Of a stretch of DNA of 64,000 nucleotides, positions 9,148 to 19,161 are shown piece by piece. The notes under the pieces are model-generated. The model was not told the origin of the DNA and did not search any database. It was given only the letters and a program-made list of their open reading frames with translations. How positions within the stretch are numbered: the stretch's first letter is position 1; each line of letters starts with the position of its first letter. Origin of the DNA: Methanobacteriota archaeon (GTDB lineage: Archaea > Thermoplasmatota > Thermoplasmata > SG8-5 > DAIRED01); contig JAZDNO010000005.1 in assembly GCA_043799545.1 (NCBI GenBank), forward strand, positions 64,001-128,000, written 5' to 3'. The translations under genes and the position numbers were made by a program.

Positions 9148-10518
9148 TCAGATGTTTATCATCCTGTCCGTCTCCCAAGCAGTAACCTGGGAGCGGTACT
9201 CGTTCCACTCCTTTGACTTGACGGTTATGAAGTGGTCGAAGAGGTGCTTCCCCAGTACGTCCTGGACCAGCTTGCTACCCTCCATGCACGCGATGGCGTG
9301 GCCGAGACTCTCTGGCAGGTTGTCTATGCCCATCTTCTCCCTCTCCTTCGGGGGTATGCGGAAGATGTCCTTTTCCACAGGCTCCGGAGGCGCCATCTTC
9401 TTCTCGATTCCCTTCAGACCTGAGGCTATCATGACCGCGAACTGGAGGTACGGATTTCCCGCCGGATCGGGGTTGCGCATCTCCATCCTCGTGCTCTTCC
9501 CCCTTCCGGCGGGCACGCGAACTAGAGAGCTGCGGTTCTTGTTGGCCCAGCAGATATATACCGGAGCCTCGTAACCGGGCACAAGCCTTTTGTACGAATT
9601 CACCCGCGAGGCCAGGACCGCGCAGGTTTCCTTGGCATGCGCGAGCAGGCCAGCCATGTAACTGCATGACAAGTCGCTGAGCTCGTACTTCCCGGCTGGG
9701 TCGTAGAATAGGTTCTTGCCCGCAGGGTCCGCGAGCGACTGGTGCACGTGCATCCCGCTGCCGTTCCGGCCGAAGAACGGCTTGGGCATGAATGTGGCGT
9801 GTAGTCCGTGGGACTTGGCGGCGGTCTTTATGGCGTCCTTGAGCAGGAAGACCCTGTCGGCGCAGGAGAGCGCGTCCCCGTAGCGCAGGTCTATCTCGTG
9901 CTGCCCGGACGAGACTTCATGATGGGTCGCCTCGACGTCGGCGCCCGACTCTATCAGGAAGTTGACCGTGTCCTTGCGCACCAGCTCCCCGCTGTCCATC
10001 GCCATCATGTCGAAGTAGCCGCCCCTGTCGTTCGGAACGAGCTTCGGGGCGCCGTTTTCCTCGGTTTCCAATAGGAAGAACTCGTATTCAGGGCCGACGT
10101 TGCACTGGTAGCCAAGCTCCCTGGCCGCGTTCAGCACGCGCTCGAGCGCCCAGCGCGGGTCCCCCTCGAACCTCTTGCCAGAGGTGTCGTGGATGTCGCA
10201 GATGAACCTTCCAGTCTTGCGCATCCCGTTCTCCCAGGGCAGCACGACGAACGTAGACAAATCCGGTATGGCCCGCCTGTCGCTCTCGTCTATCGTCGCG
10301 TAGCCCATCACCGACGAGCCGTCGAACGCCACCCCTTCGTCTATGACGCTCTCGAGCCTCTTCGTCGGAACCGAGACCATCTTCGGAACGCCCACTATGT
10401 CCATGAATGCGAACTGGATGAAGCGGACGTTCTCCCGCTTGACCTTGGTCAGAATCTCCTCGCGCGCCTCCGCCCCGTTCTTTCTCCTCTCTGCGCTCAT
10501 GATGGGACGGATGCCCAT
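9148..10518 (-). CDS. glnA: glutamine synthetase type I
   Basis: FDGSS, GPEYEFFL, HHEVSSGQHEI, FMPKPF, NGSGMH, KRLVPGYEAP, EMRNPDP. Confidence 0.95.
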   Translation of the reverse strand: MGIRPIMSAERRKNGAEAREEILTKVKRENVRFIQFAFMDIVGVPKMVSVPTKRLESVIDEGVAFDGSSVMGYATIDESDRRAIPDLSTFVVLPWENGMRKTGRFICDIHDTSGKRFEGDPRWALERVLNAARELGYQCNVGPEYEFFLLETEENGAPKLVPNDRGGYFDMMAMDSGELVRKDTVNFLIESGADVEATHHEVSSGQHEIDLRYGDALSCADRVFLLKDAIKTAAKSHGLHATFMPKPFFGRNGSGMHVHQSLADPAGKNLFYDPAGKYELSDLSCSYMAGLLAHAKETCAVLASRVNSYKRLVPGYEAPVYICWANKNRSSLVRVPAGRGKSTRMEMRNPDPAGNPYLQFAVMIASGLKGIEKKMAPPEPVEKDIFRIPPKEREKMGIDNLPESLGHAIACMEGSKLVQDVLGKHLFDHFITVKSKEWNEYRSQVTAWETDRMINI

Positions 10519-10542
10519 TAATCGTTTAAAATTACCGATTCC

Positions 10543-10698
10543 TCACTTTAAAACGAAATAGACCATCATCGCGTAGCCTGCCAGCGCCATCCCGAACGAT
10601 ATCGCCGCAGAGAGCCAGAGAACCCGGCGCCTCCGGTTGAAATCCTTCTCCGTGGGCGGAGGCGTGTAATCCAGAACGTTGTTTATGGGTGGTTCCAT
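10543..10698 (-). CDS. 51-aa single-TM membrane protein, not in the ORF track
   Basis: Manual translation MEPPINNVLDYTPPPTEKDFNRRRRVLWLSAAISFGMALAGYAMMVYFVLK. ATG is 2 nt after the atpD stop; Arg cluster precedes the hydrophobic helix. Confidence 0.65.
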   Translation of the reverse strand: MEPPINNVLDYTPPPTEKDFNRRRRVLWLSAAISFGMALAGYAMMVYFVLK

Positions 10699-10700
10699 TG

Positions 10701-11330
10701 TCACGCCTTGGCCTTGTTCTTTATCCGCTTCAGCCTGAAGGTGTTCTCCCGCTCCATCTCCTCGAGCCTCATCTCGATGAACTTCTCGCCCGCTTCCAGC
10801 CCGGGGATTATCTTGTATTCGAGCGCGTTCACGCGGCGCTTCGTGCGCTCGATCTCCGTCACCAGTTTCTTCATCGTCGTCTCCAATTCCGCAGCCTTTA
10901 TGACGTCCTCGACCAGGTCCTCGAACGATTTTGCAGCGTCGTTGACGTAAGCCGAGGTTCCGACCAGACCGTATCCGCGCTCCTCTATGCGGTTGCGCAC
11001 CCTGTCCGCTGTGACCACGGGCACGACCACGCCCATCACGTTCCGCGAGCTCAAACCGATTTCCGGATGCCTGTTCAGGGCGAAAGCCGCGGACTTGACA
11101 GCGAGAGAGCCCTCGACAGCCGCCGCGACGGCGATGTCCTGCCTGGCGCTCTCGTATTTCGCGGAGAGCTTTGACCTCATCTCCTTGGCGCTCTCCATTA
11201 TCTCGAAGAAGTTCAGTATCAGACCCTCCATCTTCATCTTGAGTATCTTGTGACCCTTTCGGGACACGACAATCTTCCTCTTTATCGCGAGCAATTCGGA
11301 ACGGGTGGGCTTGACGTCTGTCTGTGCCAT
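10701..11330 (-). CDS. atpD: A/V-type ATP synthase subunit D
   Basis: VKPTRSELL, GHKILKMK, EIERTKRRVNALE. Confidence 0.95.
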   Translation of the reverse strand: MAQTDVKPTRSELLAIKRKIVVSRKGHKILKMKMEGLILNFFEIMESAKEMRSKLSAKYESARQDIAVAAAVEGSLAVKSAAFALNRHPEIGLSSRNVMGVVVPVVTADRVRNRIEERGYGLVGTSAYVNDAAKSFEDLVEDVIKAAELETTMKKLVTEIERTKRRVNALEYKIIPGLEAGEKFIEMRLEEMERENTFRLKRIKNKAKA

Positions 11331-11337
11331 CTTTACC

Positions 11338-12738
11338 TCACTTCGCCGGCGCCGCCACCGCGGCAGCGGCTTTGTTTTTCGGGTGGTACTTCTTCACGTA
11401 CTTCTCGTCAATCCTCACAAGGTCCTCGACGGGCAGGGTCGACAGCAGTTCCCAGGAAAGATCAAGGTCCTCTTTTATGGTCCTATCCTCGCCAAGGCCT
11501 TGCCTCACGAACCTGTCCTCGAAAAGCTCGGCGAAATCGAGGAACTTCCTGTCGCGCTCGGAAAGCGCGTCCTTGCCTATGATGGCGACGATGCCCCGTA
11601 TGTCCTTCCCCTCCGCGTAGGCCGCGTACAGCTGGTCCGAAACGACCTTGTGGTCCTCCCGGGTCCTGCCGGGGCCGATGCCGGCGTTCATCAGCCTCGA
11701 CAGAGACGACGATACGTCTATCGGGGGGTAAATCCCCTTCCTATGCAGGTCCCTCGATGCGACTATCTGACCCTCGGTGATGTATCCCGTGAGGTCGGGT
11801 ATGGGATGGGTGATGTCGTCACCAGGCATCGTGAGGATGGGTATCTGGGTGATCGAACCGGATTTGCCCTTAATCCTCCCGGCCCTCTCGTACAGCGAAG
11901 CCAGGTCCGTCTACATGTAACCGGGATAGCCGCGCCTGCCCGGCACCTCTTCGCGCGCGGCCCCTATCTGCCGCAGCGCCTCGCAGTAGTTGGTCAGGTC
12001 TGTCAGGATGACGAGCACGTGCATCCCCAGCTCGAAAGCCAGGTACTCGGCCGTTGTCAGGGCCAGCCTGGGGGTGATTATTCGCTCGATTGCCGGGTCG
12101 TCCGCCAGGTTCAGGAAGACCACCGCCCTCGCGAGCGCACCCGTCCTCTCGAAACTGTCCATGAAGTGCCCGGCCTCCTCATGGGTGATTCCCATTGCAG
12201 CAAAGACGACTGCGAAGTCCTCTCCCTTGCCCAGAACCTTTGCCTGCCGCGCAATCTGGAGGGCAATCTCGTTGTGAGGCAGTCCCGAGCCGGAGAAGAT
12301 TGGCAACTTCTGTCCACGGACCAAAGTGTTCATGCAGTCCAAGGATGAGATTCCCGTCTGTATGAACTCCTTGGGCGAGTCGCGGGCGTACGGGTTGATG
12401 GCTGCGCCGACAATGTCCAGCTTCTTGTCGGGAATGACCGGCGGCCCACCGTCGAGGGGGACGCCCGAGCCGGAGAGTATCCTGCCGAGCACCTCCTTCG
12501 AGACAGGCATCTTGAGGGTCTCGCCGAGGAACCTGACGCCGCAGCTGCGGTCTATCCCGGTCGTGCCCTCGAATATCTGCACGACGACGAGGTCTTTGGA
12601 TGTGTCCAGCACCTGGCCGCGCTTGGTCGAGCCGTCGCCGAGCTGCACGCTGACGAGCTCGCCGTACATCACCGGGTCTGTCTTCTCCACGAAAACCAGC
12701 GGCCCCGCAATCTGCGCGATGGTCCTGTAGTCCTTCAT
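11338..12738 (-). CDS. atpB: A/V-type ATP synthase subunit B, interrupted by one in-frame TAG at 11911-11913
   Basis: ORFs 11911..12738 and 11338..11829 are in the same frame. The intervening DNA reads [38 protein letters not shown]. Confidence 0.95.
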
Positions 12739-14474
12739 ATCGCTCCCCCCTTCAGCTTGGCCATCTCCGGAGCCAGGGCGCCCGTCACCCTCTCCAAGAT
12801 GGCGTCGACGTCCTTTTCGAACTTGGCCTTCGCCAGCTCGACCTTGAGCGGGTGGGAGACCAGGTCCTGCAGCGGCACGCCGCGCTGGAGCGCCTCCGAC
12901 GCGGTGTCTGAGAAGGTCTTGATGGCTCTCATCATGTTGAACTGCCTCTTCAACGGGCTGTAGGTGTCAACGTCGTGGTACGCGTTCTGCTGGAGGAACA
13001 TCTCCCTTATCATCCTCGCAATCTCCAGCGTCAGGCGCTGGTCCTCCGGGAGCGCGTCGGAGCCGACTATCTGGACAATCTCCTGGAGTTCCGACTCCCT
13101 CTGCAACGTCGCCATCGCCCAGCCCCTCTGCGCGCTCCACTCAGGAGCGACGTTGTTCTCGTACCAGCCGTCCAGTAGGCCCGTGTAGAGCGAATAGGAC
13201 GTGAGCCAGTTGATGGCCGGGAAATGCCTCCTCTCCCTGAGCTTCGTGTCAAGGGCCCAGAAGCACTTGACGATTCTCCAGGTGCTCTGGGTGACTGGCT
13301 CGCTGAAATCCCCACCCGCGGGCGAGACCGCGCCTATGACGGAGATAGATCCGGTGCCGCTGCCGAGGGTGGTCGCCCTGCCCGCCCTCTCGTAGAACTC
13401 GGCCAGCTTCGCCGACAGGTAGGCCGGATAGCCCTCTTCGCCGGGCATCTCCTCGAGTCTTGACGAAATCTCCCTCATCGCCTCCGCCCATCTGGAGGTG
13501 GAGTCTGCCATGAGCGACACGTCGAAGCCCATGTCCCTGTAATACTCGGCGATGGTCATGCCAGTGTAAACAGAGACCTCCCTCGCGGCGACCGGCATGT
13601 TGGACGTGTTGGCGATGAGCACTGTCCTGTTGATGAGGGGCTTGCCATTTTTCGGGTCGGTCAGGCGGGGGAATTCCGTCAGCACTTCGGTCATCTCGTT
13701 CCCGCGCTCCCCGCATCCCACGTAGACGACGATGTCGGCGTCGCTCCATTTTGCGAACTGATGCTGGGTGACCGTCTTGCCGGTTCCGAAGCCGCCCGGT
13801 ATGGCCGCGGTTCCGCCCTTGGCTATCGGAAACAACGTGTCGAGGACGCGCTGCCCCGTGATGAGCGGCAGGTCTGGCCGCATCCTTTCTGTAACCGGTC
13901 GTGGTTTCCTTGCGGGCCAGCGGTGCATCGCCGCGATGGTCGTCCCGTTGTCGAGTTTGAGTATCGGCTCCTCGACCGTGCGCTCCCCCGGATTAACCTC
14001 GGAGACTGTCCCCGAGACCTTGGGCGGCGCCAGTATCCTGTGCGGCAGCCCGTTCTCCACGGTCGTCGCCACGACCTGTCCGCCTGCAACCTTGGCTCCT
14101 GGCGCCACCGTGACTTTGATCGGCCATCTTTTCGAGCGGTCGAGGCCGTTGGCCGTGATACCTCTCTCTATGAAATTGCCCTTCTTCTCCATGAGCACCT
14201 GGAGCGGGCGCTGTATCCCGTCGTAGATGCTGCTGAGCAGCCCGGGGCCTAGCTCGACGGAAAGTGGCTCCCCAGTATTGAAGGCCGGCTCCCCCGGCTT
14301 GATTCCGGTCGTGTCCTCGTAGACCTGGACGATGGAGCGGTCGCCGCGAATCTGAATCACCTCGCCCATCAGGCGCTCGCTCCCCGCGAACACCACGTCG
14401 TACATCCTGGGCATTATGCCCTTTATCGTCACGACCGGTCCCGCAATCCTGTATATCTCCCCTTGCTGGTTCAT
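12735..14474 (-). CDS. atpA: A/V-type ATP synthase catalytic subunit A
   Basis: Walker [37 protein letters not shown]. Confidence 0.97.
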   Translation of the reverse strand: MNQQGEIYRIAGPVVTIKGIMPRMYDVVFAGSERLMGEVIQIRGDRSIVQVYEDTTGIKPGEPAFNTGEPLSVELGPGLLSSIYDGIQRPLQVLMEKKGNFIERGITANGLDRSKRWPIKVTVAPGAKVAGGQVVATTVENGLPHRILAPPKVSGTVSEVNPGERTVEEPILKLDNGTTIAAMHRWPARKPRPVTERMRPDLPLITGQRVLDTLFPIAKGGTAAIPGGFGTGKTVTQHQFAKWSDADIVVYVGCGERGNEMTEVLTEFPRLTDPKNGKPLINRTVLIANTSNMPVAAREVSVYTGMTIAEYYRDMGFDVSLMADSTSRWAEAMREISSRLEEMPGEEGYPAYLSAKLAEFYERAGRATTLGSGTGSISVIGAVSPAGGDFSEPVTQSTWRIVKCFWALDTKLRERRHFPAINWLTSYSLYTGLLDGWYENNVAPEWSAQRGWAMATLQRESELQEIVQIVGSDALPEDQRLTLEIARMIREMFLQQNAYHDVDTYSPLKRQFNMMRAIKTFSDTASEALQRGVPLQDLVSHPLKVELAKAKFEKDVDAILERVTGALAPEMAKLKGGAI

Positions 14475-14478
14475 CCGC

Positions 14479-14784
14479 TCATCCCTCCGTTCTGTAAAGG
14501 TCTATTCCTATTGCCCTCTTCACCTTCTCCCTGAGGTCGTCGTCCTTCCCCCCTATGGCGATGAAGACTGGGTGGATGCTGTCCAGCATCCTCGCCCTGA
14601 TGGACGACGGCAGGGCGGAGACCTCGTCCGCGTGGACGACGACGATGCCGAGCTTGGCGCTCCTCATCGCTTTGTGTATCTCGTCCTCTATTTCGCCCTT
14701 TTCGACCTGAATTATGTTTCGTATTCCAGCGAGCCTGAATCCTAGGACGAACTGCTCGCTCCCCAGCGCGGCGATGTCCGTCAT
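14479..14784 (-). CDS. atpF: A/V-type ATP synthase subunit F
   Basis: VLGFRLAGI motif, LREKVKRAIGIDL, operon position. Confidence 0.9.
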   Translation of the reverse strand: MTDIAALGSEQFVLGFRLAGIRNIIQVEKGEIEDEIHKAMRSAKLGIVVVHADEVSALPSSIRARMLDSIHPVFIAIGGKDDDLREKVKRAIGIDLYRTEG

Positions 14785-15824
14785 GTCAAAATCATCTCCT
14801 GTATCTTCTCGTCGGGGATGCCCCCGCTTTTCCCGCGGACGATCAGCCGAACGAAGTCGACCTCGTCCTTCTTTTGTATGATGAAGTTCAGAACAGGGAG
14901 TATCGAGAGCGGATAGATGTGCGACTGGTGCTCCGCTATTCTGAGCAGGTACCTGTCCAGTTCGAGAGCTATGGCGCTCGCCCTGTCCGTCGCCTTCACC
15001 CCCCCCAGGTCGTCGTCCAGCGCCTTCTTGATTTCCTCCAGCGCCTCCTCAGCGGTCCCCGTCGCGAGCGTCTCGAGCTTCTCCGTGTGGACCGCCCTGC
15101 CGCCCGGTATCATGGATGCGGTAATCCTGGCTGGCGCCACCCCCTCCAGCTTGAGCTTCATCAGATTCTTCGAGTTCGTGATGCCTATCTCGGTCCTGAC
15201 AAACCATCTGTAAATCTTTATTGGTTTTGAATTGCCTTGGATAGACTCGAGCAGGCGCGCGTAATACTTCGTGTCGTAGAAATCCTCGACGGGGCCCAGG
15301 TTCCCGTCCTTGGCGAACTGTTCCAATGTCGCCGCCGGAGGAGAATCCAGCCCCCATTGGCGCACGTGCTCGATTATGTCCAGCGCGCTCTCCATTTTCA
15401 GCAGGGTCGCGAAATCGTCCCGCGAAAGGGAGCCGCCGGCGATGACGCCTTCGAGGACCTCGTCCGCTGGTATCCCGTGGTGCACGCCGCGGATGACGGT
15501 CTTGAGGTTCCAGACGTTCCACCGGTCCAGGTAAGCCTTCACAAGGCCGTGCAGTTCGCCCTTGCAGAATCCCAGAACGTCGCGATAAGTTCTGGATAGA
15601 TTCGCATTCAGCGCCATCTCCAGCAACTCGTCCCCCTCGTAGCTCGAGGCCAGCCTCAGCATCTCCTCTCTGTAAGCCGTCTCGCCAAGAAGGCGCGCTA
15701 TCTGCCCCGGCCCCATCTTCATCAGCTTGGGATAGGCGTCGCCTGTCAGCAGGTTGCGCCGGCGGGCCTTCACCCTGGCGTTCACATAGGCGTAGTTGCC
15801 GCTGGGCGGGAGCAGGCGCGGCAT
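14781..15824 (-). CDS. atpC: A/V-type ATP synthase subunit C
   Basis: YAYVNARVKAR, RWNVWNLKTVIRG, VRLIVRGK. Start is approximate. Confidence 0.9.
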   Translation of the reverse strand: MPRLLPPSGNYAYVNARVKARRRNLLTGDAYPKLMKMGPGQIARLLGETAYREEMLRLASSYEGDELLEMALNANLSRTYRDVLGFCKGELHGLVKAYLDRWNVWNLKTVIRGVHHGIPADEVLEGVIAGGSLSRDDFATLLKMESALDIIEHVRQWGLDSPPAATLEQFAKDGNLGPVEDFYDTKYYARLLESIQGNSKPIKIYRWFVRTEIGITNSKNLMKLKLEGVAPARITASMIPGGRAVHTEKLETLATGTAEEALEEIKKALDDDLGGVKATDRASAIALELDRYLLRIAEHQSHIYPLSILPVLNFIIQKKDEVDFVRLIVRGKSGGIPDEKIQEMILT

Positions 15825-15846
15825 CTTCGGGAGTCCGATTATTTGC

Positions 15847-16410
15847 TCACCCCTTGCCGAAGAGCGTGCCGTACGCTTCCGCAATCCGCCGCTCCCATGC
15901 CGTTGCCAGCAGTGACTCGAACCTCATGTCTGCCGCAAGTGCTCCGTCGTGGCTCTCCGCCACGAAGCCGCCAGCGGCAATGAGGTCGCCCTTCACGGAC
16001 ATGCCCTTGGCGCCGGTGAAATTTCCCTCTTCGCCTTTTCTGCAGTGGATTACCCCGCCGGAGAACTCCGGCCCGAGCCTTGCGAGCAGCGAGGCGGCGT
16101 ATCGCCTCGTTTCTGCGGCGGGCAGGCGCCTCATCGATTCCAGCACGGCCTCGAAAGCCTCGTCCAGAACTGCCTTTCTGCAAGCCAATAACGCCTTCTT
16201 CGCCTCGACCTCGGTCCTCGCGGCCTCCCTCGCCCGGAGCAACCTGACCTCCTCATCTGCCTTGGCCCTGTAGCCAGCGAGAGTCACCTCCCTCTTCGCC
16301 CGGGCTTCAGCCAGGTACGCCTCCGCGTCCTCGCGCGCCTTGGCCTGCAGCTGTCCGTCAACTACCAGGCTGTCCGCCTCTATCCTCTCCAGGACCTTCT
16401 CCAGACCCAT
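15847..16410 (-). CDS. atpE: A/V-type ATP synthase subunit E
   Basis: MGLEKVLERI N-terminus, charged helix, GGFVAESHDG...DMRFE; operon position. Confidence 0.85.
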   Translation of the reverse strand: MGLEKVLERIEADSLVVDGQLQAKAREDAEAYLAEARAKREVTLAGYRAKADEEVRLLRAREAARTEVEAKKALLACRKAVLDEAFEAVLESMRRLPAAETRRYAASLLARLGPEFSGGVIHCRKGEEGNFTGAKGMSVKGDLIAAGGFVAESHDGALAADMRFESLLATAWERRIAEAYGTLFGKG

Positions 16411-16420
16411 TGTGTTCACT

Positions 16421-16651
16421 TCAGCCCATCTTTCCGGTTAGAAGGAACGCGATCAGGAAACCGAATATGATGATAGTTTCAGGGATGACGACCATAATCA
16501 GCGCCTTCCCGAATATCTTATCATTCTCGGCCATGGCTCCTATCGCCGCTGACCCGATTTCCTTTTCCGCCCACGCAGTCGCCAGCGCGGCCAGGCCTAT
16601 TGCCAGTCCTGCGGCGATTGCGATCGCTCCCGTGTCGTCAAACAATACCAT
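16421..16651 (-). CDS. atpK: A-type ATP synthase proteolipid subunit K (c)
   Basis: Two TM helices with IGSAAIGAMAE and the IPET ion-binding Glu. Confidence 0.93.
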   Translation of the reverse strand: MVLFDDTGAIAIAAGLAIGLAALATAWAEKEIGSAAIGAMAENDKIFGKALIMVVIPETIIIFGFLIAFLLTGKMG

Positions 16652-16654
16652 TTT

Positions 16655-18589
16655 TCACACCTCCTTCGTGTACTTTCTCCTAACGCTCAAAGGATTGAAC
16701 CTGACCCCTCCGCCTTTGTAGAACTTCGTGAAGAATTCCACGTAGTGCAGCCTCAGTGACTGGATGAGCGGCCCAATGATGCCCAGCGCGATGTTGAGGC
16801 CGTGCCCCATGACGAGGATGAGAATCCCAAGTATTATTCCGATTCCTCCACCCTCTATCGCCGGCATCGCCATTTCCTCGTTGAATGCAAGGGCTATCCC
16901 TATGGATGAGAGGCCTATGGCGAATATCCTCGTGTAAGAGAGCAGGTTGCTCGCCAGTCCGGGGAGTTCCAGTATGCCGTTTATCTTCTCGACCACGGCT
17001 GTCATGACGATTCCAACGGCCATTAACACAATTCCAGAAAGAAACGCGACATTGTCCATCGGAAGGCCGCCTCCCGACAGGAGCCCGGGCAGGGCGGTGA
17101 CAGCGAACATCACAAGCCCGACGAGCGTGAATATCCAGCCTCCCTTCTCCAGTATCGCGGTCCTGAGCCCATGCTCCGCCCTGACGTTGTATATCCCTAT
17201 GGCGTATCCCATTAGCAGGTGCACGACGCCGACGTACACGCAGAACATCAGCATCGTGCCGACCATCTCCGGTTCCGCCCGGTGGACCGGCAGGGCGATG
17301 CCCAGAAGCTGCGCTCCGATGTCCCAGTGCGCGAACGGCTCGAAGCCGAAGAACTCGTCGTAGACAAGGCCGAAGACGATTGAGCTGATGCCGCAGTAAA
17401 GCAGAATCTTGCTCAACCCTGGAGCCCCGCCGGACATGCCCAGCTTGTCCATCAGCTTTTTGAATGCGCCGGAGAGCGAAAGCACCACAAGCACGATGCC
17501 GTAACCCCAGTCGCCGAGCATCAGGCCGTAGAAAATCGGGAAGGTCGCCAGCATCAGCACAGTAGGGTCTATCTCTCCGTACTTGGGGAGGGAAAACATC
17601 TCGATGAGCATCTCCATCGGCTTGGCCGTTTTGGGGTTGTCGAGCCTTATGGGCGGTTCGTCGCTTCCCTCAATCCATGACACCTCTATGAGCTCGACGG
17701 CCCCATCGCCAACGTCCGCGAGCCCGCTTCTAACGCGGTCCAGCTCCTTTTCCGGGAACCAGCCGTCTATGAGAAACGCATGCTTCCCGGCGCCAAACCT
17801 CAGCGGAGTCTCTGCCGTGTTTGCCTGGATCGAGAGCTCCTCAATTGATGCCAGTATGAACAGCTCGTTCTTCTCGCGCAGCCTGGCTATCCTTCCATCC
17901 ACCTCGCGGAGCCTGCGTTCCAGCTCGGATATCTCGCCCTCCAGGCGATGGGCCTCGTCGAGAGGTTTACCGGAGCTGGATGGCAGCGGCACCTCAACAA
18001 AGCCGCACCGGGCGAGCAGCTCCGAAACCTCGCGCTCCAAGGCCTTGTCCACGATTATTATGCTGCTGTCCCCGCGCAAGATTTCGTAGGCGCTGGTCAG
18101 GGTCGCCAGCTCTTTCTCCGGGTCCGTCCGCAAGCGCCCGCAGAAGACCGCGAGCGCCCTCTGGCGCCTGAGGAGCGACAGCGGAAAATCGACATGCGCG
18201 TATGAAGCCAACGCGGCCAACTCCGACCTTTTTTCCGACAGGAGCGACTCCGTTTCCTTTCTTGCGTGGACCTCCGCGCCAAGTTCCAGTTCGAGATGCG
18301 ATATCGCGGCGTCAAGCTCGCGTTTAAGCTTGTCCGTCGGGAGCCTGCCAGACACCCGGTTTCCCGCGTCGGCAAGTCCGAGGTTCTGGGATATGGACAT
18401 CATCTTAAGGAGCTTTCCCGAGGCTTTCTCGGACCCCGGCAACGACGTTCCTATGTCCAGCGTGCCGTCCGTCTCCTTGAAATCGACGACATGGAAGTGA
18501 CCGAGCCTGTAGAGGTAGTCGACTGTGCCGGGGAGCGCTTCCTGCGTGCCCACGACCAGGGCGCGCCGCATCCTCTCAGCTTTTAGCAT
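16655..18589 (-). CDS. atpI: A/V-type ATP synthase subunit I (a)
   Basis: FSLPKYGEIDPT, FYGLMLGDWGYG, SNLLSYTRIFA, LRLHYVEFFTKFY. Start set at ATG 18589. Confidence 0.95.
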   Translation of the reverse strand: MLKAERMRRALVVGTQEALPGTVDYLYRLGHFHVVDFKETDGTLDIGTSLPGSEKASGKLLKMMSISQNLGLADAGNRVSGRLPTDKLKRELDAAISHLELELGAEVHARKETESLLSEKRSELAALASYAHVDFPLSLLRRQRALAVFCGRLRTDPEKELATLTSAYEILRGDSSIIIVDKALEREVSELLARCGFVEVPLPSSSGKPLDEAHRLEGEISELERRLREVDGRIARLREKNELFILASIEELSIQANTAETPLRFGAGKHAFLIDGWFPEKELDRVRSGLADVGDGAVELIEVSWIEGSDEPPIRLDNPKTAKPMEMLIEMFSLPKYGEIDPTVLMLATFPIFYGLMLGDWGYGIVLVVLSLSGAFKKLMDKLGMSGGAPGLSKILLYCGISSIVFGLVYDEFFGFEPFAHWDIGAQLLGIALPVHRAEPEMVGTMLMFCVYVGVVHLLMGYAIGIYNVRAEHGLRTAILEKGGWIFTLVGLVMFAVTALPGLLSGGGLPMDNVAFLSGIVLMAVGIVMTAVVEKINGILELPGLASNLLSYTRIFAIGLSSIGIALAFNEEMAMPAIEGGGIGIILGILILVMGHGLNIALGIIGPLIQSLRLHYVEFFTKFYKGGGVRFNPLSVRRKYTKEV

Positions 18590-19022
18590 CGTCCCCCCTC
18601 TCAAGACCCTGGAGGATTTTCTTGGCGAGTTCTGGGAACTTGATTCTCGAGGATTCGGCGATGGCGGCCGCCTGGGCATGCGCCTTTGCGAGCCTATCCT
18701 TTCTGGCGTGCTCGCATTCCATGGCCGCCTTCTCCAATGCCTGTCTCAGCAAGCCGCGGCCCTCCGCTTCGGCTTGCTCTGCCAGCCTGATAGCGGCCTT
18801 GCGTCCCTCCGCCCTCGCCGCCTCTGCCCGTTTCTCCGCCTCTTCTTTTTTCTTCGCAGCGCTGACCTCGGCCTGCCTGATTGCGATTAGAAGGTTGGAC
18901 CTGTCCGCACCCGGGTGCGTCACAGTATGATGGGCTTGTCCGCTACCCGGTTTAATATTGGCCGGGGCGGGGTCGGGCTTGTCGGTGGATGATGCCATCT
19001 TCGGTCCTTTCTCTACCAGCAT
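18576..19022 (-). CDS. atpH: A-type ATP synthase subunit H (G-like stalk) with Pro-rich N-extension
   Basis: First gene of the operon; Ala/Glu/Lys-rich coiled coil IRQAEVSAAKKKEEAEKRAE. Start may be 18998. Confidence 0.7.
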   Translation of the reverse strand: MLVEKGPKMASSTDKPDPAPANIKPGSGQAHHTVTHPGADRSNLLIAIRQAEVSAAKKKEEAEKRAEAARAEGRKAAIRLAEQAEAEGRGLLRQALEKAAMECEHARKDRLAKAHAQAAAIAESSRIKFPELAKKILQGLERGDDAKS

Positions 19023-19161
19023 AGCCGGCCATTCTCCAATGTGAAGGAGGTTGATATACTTTTATCACGCGCATCTAAGACGCGCCCGCCCGTCCACGCA
19101 TAATTTTGTCACAGATGCGAAATCGGATTGCTTATTTACCACCAACGCAGATGAGGGTCCG

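Noticed and set aside
16421-16651. Ion specificity of the c subunit (AWAE...IPET)
   Set aside because: Na+ versus H+ cannot be called reliably from the motif by eye.
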